64,000 nucleotides of DNA. It comes from Candidatus Curtissbacteria bacterium (GTDB lineage Bacteria > Patescibacteriota > Microgenomatia > Curtissbacterales > GWA2-41-24). Made by a program: the position numbers and the translations under genes. Shown piece after piece: positions 1 to 8,968 of this stretch. A model generated the notes under the pieces. The model was not told the origin of the DNA. It saw nothing but the letters and a program-made list of their open reading frames with translations, and did not search any database. Location of the stretch: the NCBI GenBank assembly GCA_030647775.1, contig JAUSJC010000010.1:6208-70207 (forward strand). The letters are read 5' to 3'. Each line of letters opens with the position of its first letter. The stretch's first letter is position 1.

Positions 1-409
1 TTAAAAGCAAACGGAGAAAATCCGCCTCCCTCTTTTTTTGTCTCGGCACATCATACATAACCACCCGCCATTTCCCATCCCAACTCTCCTTAAGCTTCAT
101 CTCTCCAAGTCGAAAATTTAAGACTTTTTTCTTACCTTTTTCGGTAATTTTAACCACTGGACCTTCCGATGTTGATGCAATCTCTACCAACTTCTGTAGT
201 TTCATTCTTGCCAGAAGCGCTCTTAACCTCCATAAATTAAACTTCTTCCACTCCAAATCATCTTCTTCCCTTGACTTTAAGAAAGGTTTGGCAACAAGCG
301 GCAGGACTGGGAATACCAATGAGACGGCAAGAAACGTTCCTGCACCGAGTAAAATCAAAACCTCTTTCACTCTAGGATCTGCTCTTTTGGTCAAATCTGT
401 TTTTTTCAC
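1..409 (-). CDS. PaaX-like transcription regulator (wHTH + Cas2-like central domain), runs off the window start
   Basis: Not in ORF track. Hand translation from GTG at 409: ...VKITEKGKKKVLNFRLGEMKLKESWDGKWRVVMYDVPRQKKREADFLRLLL; WDGKWRxxxxDxP is typical of this CPR-common family. Confidence 0.75.
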   Translation of the reverse strand, partial: MKKTDLTKRADPRVKEVLILLGAGTFLAVSLVFPVLPLVAKPFLKSREEDDLEWKKFNLWRLRALLARMKLQKLVEIASTSEGPVVKITEKGKKKVLNFRLGEMKLKESWDGKWRVVMYDVPRQKKREADFLRLLL

Positions 410-434
410 TACATTAACCACCGAATAAACTACA

Positions 435-452
435 CACGGCCTAAAGGCCGTG
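435..452. repeat. Palindrome CACGGCCTAAAGGCCGTG resembling an IS200/IS605 end hairpin
   Basis: 7-bp perfect inverted repeat with 4-nt loop; no transposase nearby. Confidence 0.5.
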
Positions 453-632
453 GTATTTTGATATTCACTCCTCGCTTATAATAAAGAGTATCACAAATTC
501 CGCCATAGCGAAAATTGTGTTAAGGATATTTATTGATTAAGATCAGGATTCAAAATAGGAATAGAGTAAAAACTACAAAAATACGTCGGGCAAGGATTTT
601 TCTCATGGGAGATTAAGCTCTAGATATTATAA

Positions 633-709
633 CCGACGCAAAGCGTCGGGTATATCAGAGGAGCGCCTTTGGCAGGCGCGAAACGCTGGCAAGGCGACCT
701 GCTGATATA
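633..709. repeat. Palindromic element cluster (CCGACGC-AAA-GCGTCGG; TATATCAG...CTGATATA enclosing GC hairpins)
   Basis: Inverted repeats seen directly. Confidence 0.55.
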
Positions 710-752
710 ACAATTTAACAATTCATCTCCCCAATGCTACACTGAAATTGAG

Positions 753-1892
753 ATGCTCTTGAAAATTTTCCTGTCAGTAATTCTTGGTCTCTTAACTTTC
801 ACAACTGTAATTCCAAAACCGTCTCTTGCTGCAGAAAGCGATCAATGCTCCTTTGAGACAAATCCCCCGGCAGACACATGGAATTCTGAAATGGATTATA
901 AAAATATATCTATTAGAATTGGCGCCGCTTTAGCACCAAAGACTAAATATTACGTGGTATACCGAAAATACAATGACACGTTTAAAAATATACGCATTGG
1001 TGAAGGCATAGCTAACGATCAAGGAATCATTGATTCATCCGATCCATCATTTAAATCTAATTACGACAAGGGAGTTTTAAGAGACTACATGGTAGCTCCG
1101 GGAACGCACAGTATTGTCATATTTGAAGGCCCTGGTACTAATAGCAAAATAATCTGTAGCAAAACTTATAAAATTCCGTATTTTGAAACATTGAAATGCA
1201 CAATCGAGGCAAATAAAACAGATAAAAGTTATGGACCCGGCGAAAAGGTTAGTTTCAAGGGCAAATTTTCCATTGAGAAATGGGATAAAACACAAATATC
1301 TTACGCAAATAAGAACATTTCGGTTCAACTTTTAAATAAAAAAGGTGACAGAACAGGCGACTATTATGACAACAACATCACAACAGATAGTAATGGTAAT
1401 TTCGAAATAAGCGATTCGGATAAAATTAAAACTCCTGCAATCACCAATAATGATATTGGTTGGTGGAAACTTAAGGCTGACGAAAAAGATGATATAGGCA
1501 AAAATAGAAGCAAAGAGGCCTGTTATGCTGATATCTATGTCTCCAAAAACCCTAACGAGCCGGTTTCCGGTTCCCCTCCAACTGGTGACGGCGGCAAAAA
1601 CCCTTGTATTAGTGGAACATGCCAAACTGCTCTTGGCCCAATCAAAACAGACCCGGCCGAATTCATTAAAACAATTCTTGGGATTGCCATCGGCCTAGCC
1701 GGCGGTATTGCCTTAATCTTTATGGTCATTGGCGCAATCAGAGTATTAATCTCTTCCGGCGACCAGCAAAAACTGACCGGCGGTAAAGACATGATCGTCG
1801 CCGCTGTTTCCGGTCTTCTGTTTTTGATTCTTTCCGTCCTTATATTAAGATTTATTGGAACAGGCCTCCTAGGAGGAGTCCCGGGACTTTAA
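753..1892 (+). CDS. Secreted beta-rich protein with C-terminal VirB2/TrbC-like pilin domain
   Basis: Signal peptide (SLA-AE); C-terminal TM-SSGDQQKLTGGKDMIVAAVSG-TM pilin hairpin. Confidence 0.7.
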   Translation: MLLKIFLSVILGLLTFTTVIPKPSLAAESDQCSFETNPPADTWNSEMDYKNISIRIGAALAPKTKYYVVYRKYNDTFKNIRIGEGIANDQGIIDSSDPSFKSNYDKGVLRDYMVAPGTHSIVIFEGPGTNSKIICSKTYKIPYFETLKCTIEANKTDKSYGPGEKVSFKGKFSIEKWDKTQISYANKNISVQLLNKKGDRTGDYYDNNITTDSNGNFEISDSDKIKTPAITNNDIGWWKLKADEKDDIGKNRSKEACYADIYVSKNPNEPVSGSPPTGDGGKNPCISGTCQTALGPIKTDPAEFIKTILGIAIGLAGGIALIFMVIGAIRVLISSGDQQKLTGGKDMIVAAVSGLLFLILSVLILRFIGTGLLGGVPGL

Positions 1893-1893
1893 T

Positions 1894-2247
1894 ATGATCA
1901 ATTTTCAGCTTATTCCAAACGTTTATGCCGCCTGCGAAAGCTTTTCGAAGTGTCTCGAAGGAATTACAGTGCCAGGCTTAAAACCAGAGTTCAAGTCCGA
2001 AGGTCTTGTCGGTCAGCTCATCAGCACAATTCTCCCCATTGCCCTTGGCATCGGCGGCATGCTGACGGTTGTTTTTATAATTATCTCCGGCATCCAGTTT
2101 ATAACTTCCGGCGGCGATCCCAAAGGCGCGGCGTCCGCCAAAGACAGGCTCGTTTACGCCGTTATCGGCTTTATCGTCCTAATACTTGCCTACGCCGCTT
2201 TGCAAATTATAAGTGGGGTATTTTTAGGCAAAATCGGTATAGTTTAA
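1894..2247 (+). CDS. VirB2/TrbC-like pilin
   Basis: GIQFITSGGDPKGAASAKDRLVYAVIG between two TM helices. Confidence 0.8.
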   Translation: MINFQLIPNVYAACESFSKCLEGITVPGLKPEFKSEGLVGQLISTILPIALGIGGMLTVVFIIISGIQFITSGGDPKGAASAKDRLVYAVIGFIVLILAYAALQIISGVFLGKIGIV

Positions 2248-2248
2248 A

Positions 2249-2818
2249 ATGAAGAATTTAATATTTATTATTTTTGCCGCTTTTTTGTTATCACTGTTTT
2301 TACCTGCAAGTTCCTTTGCCGATCAATGTCCTGCCGGATACAAACCAGATGCAGTAGATCTAGAAGGCATAAACACTTCTGTCTGCTCAAAAGATATACC
2401 TCCACCTTGCGATCCGGCCAAAGGAGAAGAAGATTTTTCGTTTACCGGAAGGAACATTTGTGTCGTCTCAACTATTAGCGGCCCGCCTGCACCTGCACCA
2501 CCAGGTCAACCCACCCAAGGCTCAACCAACTCCTTTGATATAAAAACAATCTTCCAACCTGCTAATCTCTTTGGCGATTTCGGCAACCTTTTAAGTTCCA
2601 TCGTCTCAATCCTTATTAGTGCTTCCTTCATAATCACCATTTTCTTTATCATCACAGGCGGCATTAAAATCGTTACCGCTTCCGGCGATATGAAAAAAAT
2701 CCAGGCGGCCCAAGGGACAATCACCTATGCTATTATTGGTTTAGTCGTAACTGTACTGGCTTTTGTCATTTTACAAGTCGTCCAGTACTTTTTCGGCGCC
2801 AATGTCGGAATTCTTTAA
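2249..2818 (+). CDS. VirB2/TrbC-like pilin with Cys/Pro-rich N-terminal extension
   Basis: Signal peptide; GGIKIVTASGDMKKIQAAQGTITYAIIG. Confidence 0.8.
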   Translation: MKNLIFIIFAAFLLSLFLPASSFADQCPAGYKPDAVDLEGINTSVCSKDIPPPCDPAKGEEDFSFTGRNICVVSTISGPPAPAPPGQPTQGSTNSFDIKTIFQPANLFGDFGNLLSSIVSILISASFIITIFFIITGGIKIVTASGDMKKIQAAQGTITYAIIGLVVTVLAFVILQVVQYFFGANVGIL

Positions 2819-3226
2819 ATGAAAAAGTCCGCAATCATTTTTGTTTCACTTTTCACTTTGACTTTGACTCTCAAATCTCCCGCCTTTGCTCAACTCGGCA
2901 CAATCAAACCGCCGGCAGACTTTAAAATCCCAACAGCCGACGCCAATCCTTCCGTGTTTGTCGCTACACTTGTTAGAAACGGCATTACTCTTCTCCTTGT
3001 CGCTTCCTTTGTTATCGCCCTAATCTGGATAATTTTAAACGGCCTGCGTTTTATCCTTGCCCAGGGGGACGAAAAAACTGTCGCCTCTGCCTGGACCCAG
3101 ATTTACTGGACGCTAATTGGTATGGTAATTATCATGGGCTCTTTTGCTATAATCAAAATGGTTGAAACATTTTTTGGTGTGTCAGTGCTATCTGCAGACT
3201 TGAAATTGCCGCATTTACCGCAGTAA
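2819..3226 (+). CDS. VirB2/TrbC-like pilin
   Basis: Signal peptide AFA-Q; GLRFILAQGDEKTVASAWTQIYWTLIG. Confidence 0.8.
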   Translation: MKKSAIIFVSLFTLTLTLKSPAFAQLGTIKPPADFKIPTADANPSVFVATLVRNGITLLLVASFVIALIWIILNGLRFILAQGDEKTVASAWTQIYWTLIGMVIIMGSFAIIKMVETFFGVSVLSADLKLPHLPQ

Positions 3227-3238
3227 AGGGGGTGAGAT

Positions 3239-3697
3239 TTGATGATAAAAATAATTAAAAATACTATCCGCTATATGTCACCGGTATTATTACTGCTGAC
3301 GATTCCGGCAATCGTTATGGCTCAAGCTCCCGCAACACTTCCCGGCGGCAATACTACAACCATAACTCAAACAAGTGGATCTATTCCTATCCCGACAGCT
3401 TTATCACAAACAGGTGACATTACTGTCGTCATTGGCGGCATCATTAGGTTTATTCTTGTTACCGCCTTCGTCATTGCCTTTATCATGCTTTTGGTCGGTG
3501 GCATCCGCTGGATCCTGGCAGGAGGAGATGAAAAAGCTGTCGAAAAGGCCAGGAACACAATAACGGCCGCCCTAATTGGTTTGGTAGTTGTCCTTGTTGC
3601 TTTTGCTCTTATCAGGTTAGTAGAGCTGTTTTTTGGCGTAAATATCATTTCCGGCCTGACGGTTCCAAGAATCAGTCCATTGCAAACACCACTGTAG
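3239..3697 (+). CDS. VirB2/TrbC-like pilin
   Basis: GGIRWILAGGDEKAVEKARNTITAALIG. Confidence 0.85.
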   Translation: MMIKIIKNTIRYMSPVLLLLTIPAIVMAQAPATLPGGNTTTITQTSGSIPIPTALSQTGDITVVIGGIIRFILVTAFVIAFIMLLVGGIRWILAGGDEKAVEKARNTITAALIGLVVVLVAFALIRLVELFFGVNIISGLTVPRISPLQTPL

Positions 3698-3701
3698 GCC
3701 T

Positions 3702-4049
3702 ATGCCGCTTTTTATACTGATAACACTTTTTGCAGTAGTTTTTGTTGCGCCGGTTTATGCCCAAACACCTGCACCGCCGGCCCAGATTTCGAATATTGTT
3801 AACGTCCTGGAAAATATCATCAAACTTTTAGCTCCCGCGGCCGGCATCGCCTTTTTTATCATGCTTCTTGTCGGCGGCTATAAATTTATCACTTCCGGCG
3901 GCGACCCAAAGGCGGTCGGCTCCGCCCGCTCCACTTTAACTTATGCCGTCATCGGCATCATTTTAGTCGTCGCCTCCTGGCTAATCCTCCAGTTAATTGC
4001 CACCTTCACCGGCGCCGACGTCACAACCGTTACAATTCCTACGAAATAA
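3702..4049 (+). CDS. VirB2/TrbC-like pilin
   Basis: VYA-Q signal; GGYKFITSGGDPKAVGSARSTLTYAVIG. Confidence 0.85.
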   Translation: MPLFILITLFAVVFVAPVYAQTPAPPAQISNIVNVLENIIKLLAPAAGIAFFIMLLVGGYKFITSGGDPKAVGSARSTLTYAVIGIILVVASWLILQLIATFTGADVTTVTIPTK

Positions 4050-4095
4050 TTATCGGATCTTGGTATACTGATACTAATCAGGTTTCAGTCTGCCG

Positions 4096-6969
4096 ATGAA
4101 AAAACTCGCCGCCGTTTTTCTATTAGTCATCTTCTTTGGCGCTTCGATTATTGCGACCCCTCTCCAGGCAGGCCATAATCTCCCGGGAAGCCCCTACAAA
4201 AATCCAGACCCGGTAAGGGCCCCATATGGTGACCCCCTGTTCACGACCCAACTTACCAAAGTAACTATGAAACCGATTGAGAAGAAGCTCGAGGGTTTTG
4301 GATCAAACGGTCGCTATTCGGAAGCACAACAAGTAACTCTTGCACATACTTTTGATATTCCTGTTAATTTCGCTGAAGTTTCCGCAATATTCGCCAAATC
4401 TAACTCTGATTATCTGGAAGGCAAATTCCAAGACCAGGATCACCAAAACCAAAATCTGGTCAATTCAAACTCACAAAAATTTAATGAATTCTTTGGCCCC
4501 AGCCAAAAGCTTATGCCAAAAATTATGACAGATGAACTCAAGGTTGAATATATCAACTATGTCAAAGATCACGAGAACCTTCCGGAATACAAAACTAAAA
4601 TTACCGATATCGAAGGCAAAAATTCCAAAACCGTTAGTGATCTGGTGTCCCAATTTGGGATACCAGATTCATCAAAAATCGGATCCGATACATGGGGAAA
4701 ATATTGGGCTAAAATTCCGACAGCTTTTTCTCAACCATATTCCGGGTTTATGGTATTTAGAGTTGTTGACGGTAATAAGGAAAATGACCAAATATTAAAA
4801 CAAGGCACTTGCCCTGATAACGAAAACAACGACAGTCGAATGATTGATTTTGTTCTTCCGGAATATTTCCGGACTGCGGCAACCGCCAACGAATTAAATA
4901 AAATAATTCTCCCGAAAGCAGCCCAATCCGCGCAAAAAAACTTTTTAAAGGAGGCCGTTTCCGGTGTTATTAATAACCTCTCGCCGTTCAAAGATTCCGC
5001 TATTTCTAAAACTTTAGAAAAATTCTTAAGAAGAAGCTTCAATAATCTGAACCCTGTCAAAATTGTTTATGCGCAGACATCGGAGGAAGAGTTACCCCCC
5101 GAACTCCCACCAGAACTCCTACCTTACCGGGAACAATGCCATGCGCCAACGGAATTTCAACTAAAAGATAACCCGGGTTCTGGCCCTTTTTACTCTCTCC
5201 CGGAATTATCGGTACTTATCCCTACCCACCCCCCGCAACTCAATCCCCTTGTTTTTACTAAGAGAAAAAATCCCCAGCGCACAAAAGACCCGGTAACCGG
5301 GGAGAGCTGCAACAATATAGATACTCCCCGCAAAATAGACAACGGTAAGTTTGTAAATTGTACTTTTAAAAAAATCTACGAAAGACAGCTTACAATCGCC
5401 ACGCCAGAGGACGCCCAAGCTCTCGGATGGGATTACTGCACAGAAGGTAAAGATTTGGACGGTAATCCAAGTGGTGTTTCTACATGCTACTTAACTGTAA
5501 GAGTTTACCCGATCTTTTACGTTCCATGGCTTTCGTCAATTTGGAACGATACGGTTTACTCGGACAAAAATGATCCGGCTATTATCTCCGGTGCCCAAGA
5601 AACCGGCCGGCCGGGAATCTTCGGTCTATTTACATCCCAAGGGACAGAAAACTTTATATTCCCGGATGGCAAAAATTTGCCTAGCTTAGAAGATGGCTCG
5701 CGCGATATTAAACAACGTTTTATCGGCGCGGTCGATTGCAACAAGGAATTTATCAAAAATTTTGCTCTGTTACCAAAAGCCCTGCAAGGAAATGGCACAA
5801 GCGGGTGCAATCTAAAAACAAGTAATCTGCCCGGAACCCCAGGCGCCTCGGGTACGCTTGATTTCTATGTTAAATATGGCGACACAAGCATTATTCCGAA
5901 AGACCCCGAAGCAATTAAAAAACTCGCCAACAGTTCGTGGCCGGACAACAACACCAACAGATGGGATTATGTTGTGGACAAATGCGCTTCAAATGGTATC
6001 AGCCCCGCTTTCTGCATCGCCATATGGTGGAAAGAAGGTGGTTTTGGCGGCCTGCTCCCGGGAGGAGGCCGCGCCAATAGCGAATTCGGCTGTTTCCCCG
6101 GCGGCAACACCAACCTTAAAGTCAACTTTGAAGATAGTCTAAACTGCTTTGTAAAATTTACCGCCCAGGAACACCCATACAATCCTCAAAACCCTTATGG
6201 CTCATTTTACGATTGGGTTAAATACTTTTGCGGGCCTTTTTCAAAAGGCTTGTGTACACATGACGATGACGTAAGTAAAGAACACCCAAATTTTCTGCCA
6301 GTTTTAGAAAGTGTTTATAATTCTGTTGCGCCCGGCCAAATTATTTTTGTTTCCAACCCCAACCCGGGCAATCCGGGAACCACTCCGGTTCCCATCGCCG
6401 ATGAACTCTTCAACTTCAAAACAGGTGATAAAGACTGGACCGCTCCGGAGAAAGCGGCAATGAGCCAGACCGCAGGGGTTGCGAATAAATCAGCTGTCTG
6501 GAAAACTCTTGTCTTTGCCGCGGGCAAAATCAATCTACGCAGAGGTACCACAGACCCCGAATGCCCGGATACCTGCTCTGGTTTAGCGCAAGATCCAAAC
6601 ACGCTTCTGATTCGCGACCCCTTCTTCGACCACCCGTCAAGAACTCTCTCCGGCCAAGTTTTTATTATGACTCACGAACTCGCCCATATAATTCAATACC
6701 GCAACCCGTCAATCCTCAATCAGTACAAAAGTAGTGAGGCTTACAAAGAGTTCGAAGATAAAGGCGTAATCAGAAGTTATTTCCTCTGTCCCAACGTAAA
6801 ACCCGGACACTTCTGTGCCAACGGGGTGACGGCGGAAAATGAGGACTATGGGGAAATGGCTGGAAATTATGTCGCGGATCGCGATAGCTATCTGGTGGAC
6901 TTCCCCACAGAGTACCCGCAACACTATAAATTCGCCCAAGATGTATTGTTTGGAGGAACAACATTTTAG
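4096..6969 (+). CDS. Large secreted multidomain protein with putative lysozyme-like domain and C-terminal HExxH zinc metallopeptidase
   Basis: Signal peptide; ISPAFCIAIWWKEGGFG; THELAH plus downstream ENEDYGE. Confidence 0.55.
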   Translation: MKKLAAVFLLVIFFGASIIATPLQAGHNLPGSPYKNPDPVRAPYGDPLFTTQLTKVTMKPIEKKLEGFGSNGRYSEAQQVTLAHTFDIPVNFAEVSAIFAKSNSDYLEGKFQDQDHQNQNLVNSNSQKFNEFFGPSQKLMPKIMTDELKVEYINYVKDHENLPEYKTKITDIEGKNSKTVSDLVSQFGIPDSSKIGSDTWGKYWAKIPTAFSQPYSGFMVFRVVDGNKENDQILKQGTCPDNENNDSRMIDFVLPEYFRTAATANELNKIILPKAAQSAQKNFLKEAVSGVINNLSPFKDSAISKTLEKFLRRSFNNLNPVKIVYAQTSEEELPPELPPELLPYREQCHAPTEFQLKDNPGSGPFYSLPELSVLIPTHPPQLNPLVFTKRKNPQRTKDPVTGESCNNIDTPRKIDNGKFVNCTFKKIYERQLTIATPEDAQALGWDYCTEGKDLDGNPSGVSTCYLTVRVYPIFYVPWLSSIWNDTVYSDKNDPAIISGAQETGRPGIFGLFTSQGTENFIFPDGKNLPSLEDGSRDIKQRFIGAVDCNKEFIKNFALLPKALQGNGTSGCNLKTSNLPGTPGASGTLDFYVKYGDTSIIPKDPEAIKKLANSSWPDNNTNRWDYVVDKCASNGISPAFCIAIWWKEGGFGGLLPGGGRANSEFGCFPGGNTNLKVNFEDSLNCFVKFTAQEHPYNPQNPYGSFYDWVKYFCGPFSKGLCTHDDDVSKEHPNFLPVLESVYNSVAPGQIIFVSNPNPGNPGTTPVPIADELFNFKTGDKDWTAPEKAAMSQTAGVANKSAVWKTLVFAAGKINLRRGTTDPECPDTCSGLAQDPNTLLIRDPFFDHPSRTLSGQVFIMTHELAHIIQYRNPSILNQYKSSEAYKEFEDKGVIRSYFLCPNVKPGHFCANGVTAENEDYGEMAGNYVADRDSYLVDFPTEYPQHYKFAQDVLFGGTTF

Positions 6970-6972
6970 TTT

Positions 6973-7320
6973 ATGGACGAAACAAACCGCCTGCAAGAAT
7001 CCAGAAGAATCGCTCTCCCGCTTGCTATTGTCATTGGAATTATTCTTTTAATCTCAATGGTTATAATCTTCGGGGTCCTAAATAAGAAAAGCCCTCCGCC
7101 GGGCTCTCAAACCCGCGAAAAGGTTATTTTAAACCTGCCCCGTCTTACTGCCGACTATTCGATTGTCTACGGAGAAAGAACAGACCATATTTACATCAAC
7201 CTGATTAACGAACCGTACGACCAAAACTATCAAAAGGCCATCAAATGGCTAAAGGACCAGGGCGCGGATATTGAAGAGCTAAATATCCAGGTTACTCCCG
7301 AACAGGCCCTTGACAACTAA
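6973..7320 (+). CDS. Single-TM hypothetical protein
   Basis: N-terminal hydrophobic helix; 3 nt after the previous stop. Confidence 0.7.
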   Translation: MDETNRLQESRRIALPLAIVIGIILLISMVIIFGVLNKKSPPPGSQTREKVILNLPRLTADYSIVYGERTDHIYINLINEPYDQNYQKAIKWLKDQGADIEELNIQVTPEQALDN

Positions 7321-7360
7321 CGCGCCAATTTCACGGACTTATCCCTCAAAGCAAGTAGAC

Positions 7361-7457
7361 TGTCATCCTCAACTTGATTGAGGATCAGATTCTCGCAGTT
7401 TACCCTGAAATGGATTCCCGCTTTCGCGGGAATGACAATTGAAGGGCGAGAATGACA
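7361..7457. repeat. REP-like GTCAT...GATC/AATC palindrome cluster
   Basis: GTCATCCTCAACTTGATTGAGGATC and GGATTCCCGCTTTCGCGGGAATGAC. Confidence 0.75.
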
Positions 7458-7492
7458 CTTGTTGTGAAAGGATAAATACCGATTTCACCATC

Positions 7493-7700
7493 TTGCTCCC
7501 GGTATCTCCCAATGTTAATCTAAATCTACATTCTTAAGCTCCGAAGTCTGTGACTCGCCCTTCCGTAACTTTACGTGAAGGAGGGAATTCAGACACTGTA
7601 CCGCAACCGTCATAGTCGGGTCGAAGGCTTAAGAAGTAAAAATCAGTCCTCGTGTTAAGGACATGCTTTGGCAAACCTTCTCGAGGCGAGGAGGTTTTTT
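7493..7700 (+). promoter_or_regulatory. Promoter and ~170-nt structured 5' leader ending in an SD-sequestering, terminator-like hairpin
   Basis: TTGCTC-N17-TAATCT; stem 7531-7539/7627-7635; hairpin 7673-7697 contains AGGAGG and is followed by Ts. Confidence 0.55.
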
Positions 7701-7701
7701 G

Positions 7702-8838
7702 ATGGCCGAGCGAACCGCAGTTTTAGATAGACATATACCACCATTCGAAGGATCGCCGATCCCCGAAGCACAGCTTGGCTATAACATCCGCTTTGACCGC
7801 CAGGATTATCAAACCCTCGCATCCCAAAGGCCATATCTTTCTCCCCAAGAATTCCAAAGACGCTCCGATCAGCTAGATCTTCGAACCACACACAACCTCC
7901 AAACAATGCTTGGCGAACGTTTCACCGTCGAAATTTCCAAAGTTGAGTATCATCTTATCTCGGGGCAGCTACAAAACCCAGACCACGACGAACCGTTTTT
8001 AGAAATTATCAAACGCGGCCAAAAATTCCGCCAAGAACATGGCTCAAAAGAAATACCCCGTGAAGCGGCGGAAGCCGAAGGTTTTGCTAAGGTTCAAGAA
8101 ATACTAAATACCAGATATACAGAGCCATGCGATCCTAAAGGGCCTAACCAGATACCAGATATTAAAGTCATCGTTGTCTCCCCGCGCGGCCCGAAAGGCT
8201 CAATTTACCAGCACAATTTTTATGACGTTTACTCCCGAAGTTATGATGGCGCAATTACTATGTCCCGCTATACGTCAAAACTTTCTTACGAAGAATTTTA
8301 TCAATCTGCCCGATCAATCGACCCATTATTGAACCTATCCCAAAACCCTACCGACGCCGAATTTTTGGCAAATCCGCTAATCACCTATCAGTCTTTGGAC
8401 CAAATCCAGAAAATCTTTTGCCCACAAGAAAAAGTGATGACGCAAAAAGAATATCAAATGCTGCTCGAAACGTGCGGGTTTTTATTTACAACCTACATAA
8501 ACTGTCTTATAAATGGCTCACCGTTGGCAGAAATCCAAAAAGTCTATAACACCCTATTAAACTTTGCGGATGTTTGGCCAAATACCGTACCAATGCAAAA
8601 CACGGATCAGATTATTTCTCATTACGGAATACTACCGGTTCGCGTTGTCGCCGCCGGCTGCGGTATTCAAAGCGGCTCGGACTCACAAAATTACTCTTCC
8701 TGGTCTGTCGCCGAATTTGGCAAATGGTTTACGTGTCCTAAATGCAACTACGAAGCAACGGGCCCTGTTGGCAATACTTGCCCTGGCTGTGGATTGACAA
8801 AAGAAGAATTTGCCAAAGAATCCCTCGTTTGCGCCTAA
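7702..8838 (+). CDS. Hypothetical protein with C-terminal Zn ribbon
   Basis: Probable start ATG 7702 (AGGAGG 7 nt upstream); CPKC...CPGC. Confidence 0.75.
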   Translation: MAERTAVLDRHIPPFEGSPIPEAQLGYNIRFDRQDYQTLASQRPYLSPQEFQRRSDQLDLRTTHNLQTMLGERFTVEISKVEYHLISGQLQNPDHDEPFLEIIKRGQKFRQEHGSKEIPREAAEAEGFAKVQEILNTRYTEPCDPKGPNQIPDIKVIVVSPRGPKGSIYQHNFYDVYSRSYDGAITMSRYTSKLSYEEFYQSARSIDPLLNLSQNPTDAEFLANPLITYQSLDQIQKIFCPQEKVMTQKEYQMLLETCGFLFTTYINCLINGSPLAEIQKVYNTLLNFADVWPNTVPMQNTDQIISHYGILPVRVVAAGCGIQSGSDSQNYSSWSVAEFGKWFTCPKCNYEATGPVGNTCPGCGLTKEEFAKESLVCA

Positions 8839-8879
8839 TTTGACGCCAGCCAACTTTCCCCCTAATATGGAATTAGCTG

Positions 8880-8962
8880 TCGGGTTATTGGGCTGTTGGG
8901 ACATTAGGCTATTAGGAAGAGAGCACCTACCTAATCACCCACTAACCTAAAAACCTAATCGG
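8880..8962. repeat. Inverted degenerate 8-mer array (TATTAGG-type then CCTAAT-type)
   Basis: Periodic ttggg/ttagg units followed by complementary cctaa units. Confidence 0.65.
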
Positions 8963-8968
8963 TCTGCA

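Noticed and set aside
31-40. Frameshift in the A-tract of the PaaX-like gene
   Set aside because: Counting seven As keeps the frame (PRQKKREADFLRLLL).
1-720. CRISPR-Cas locus suggested by the Cas2-like domain and nearby palindromes
   Set aside because: The protein is PaaX-like; there is no repeat-spacer array and no other cas gene in the window.
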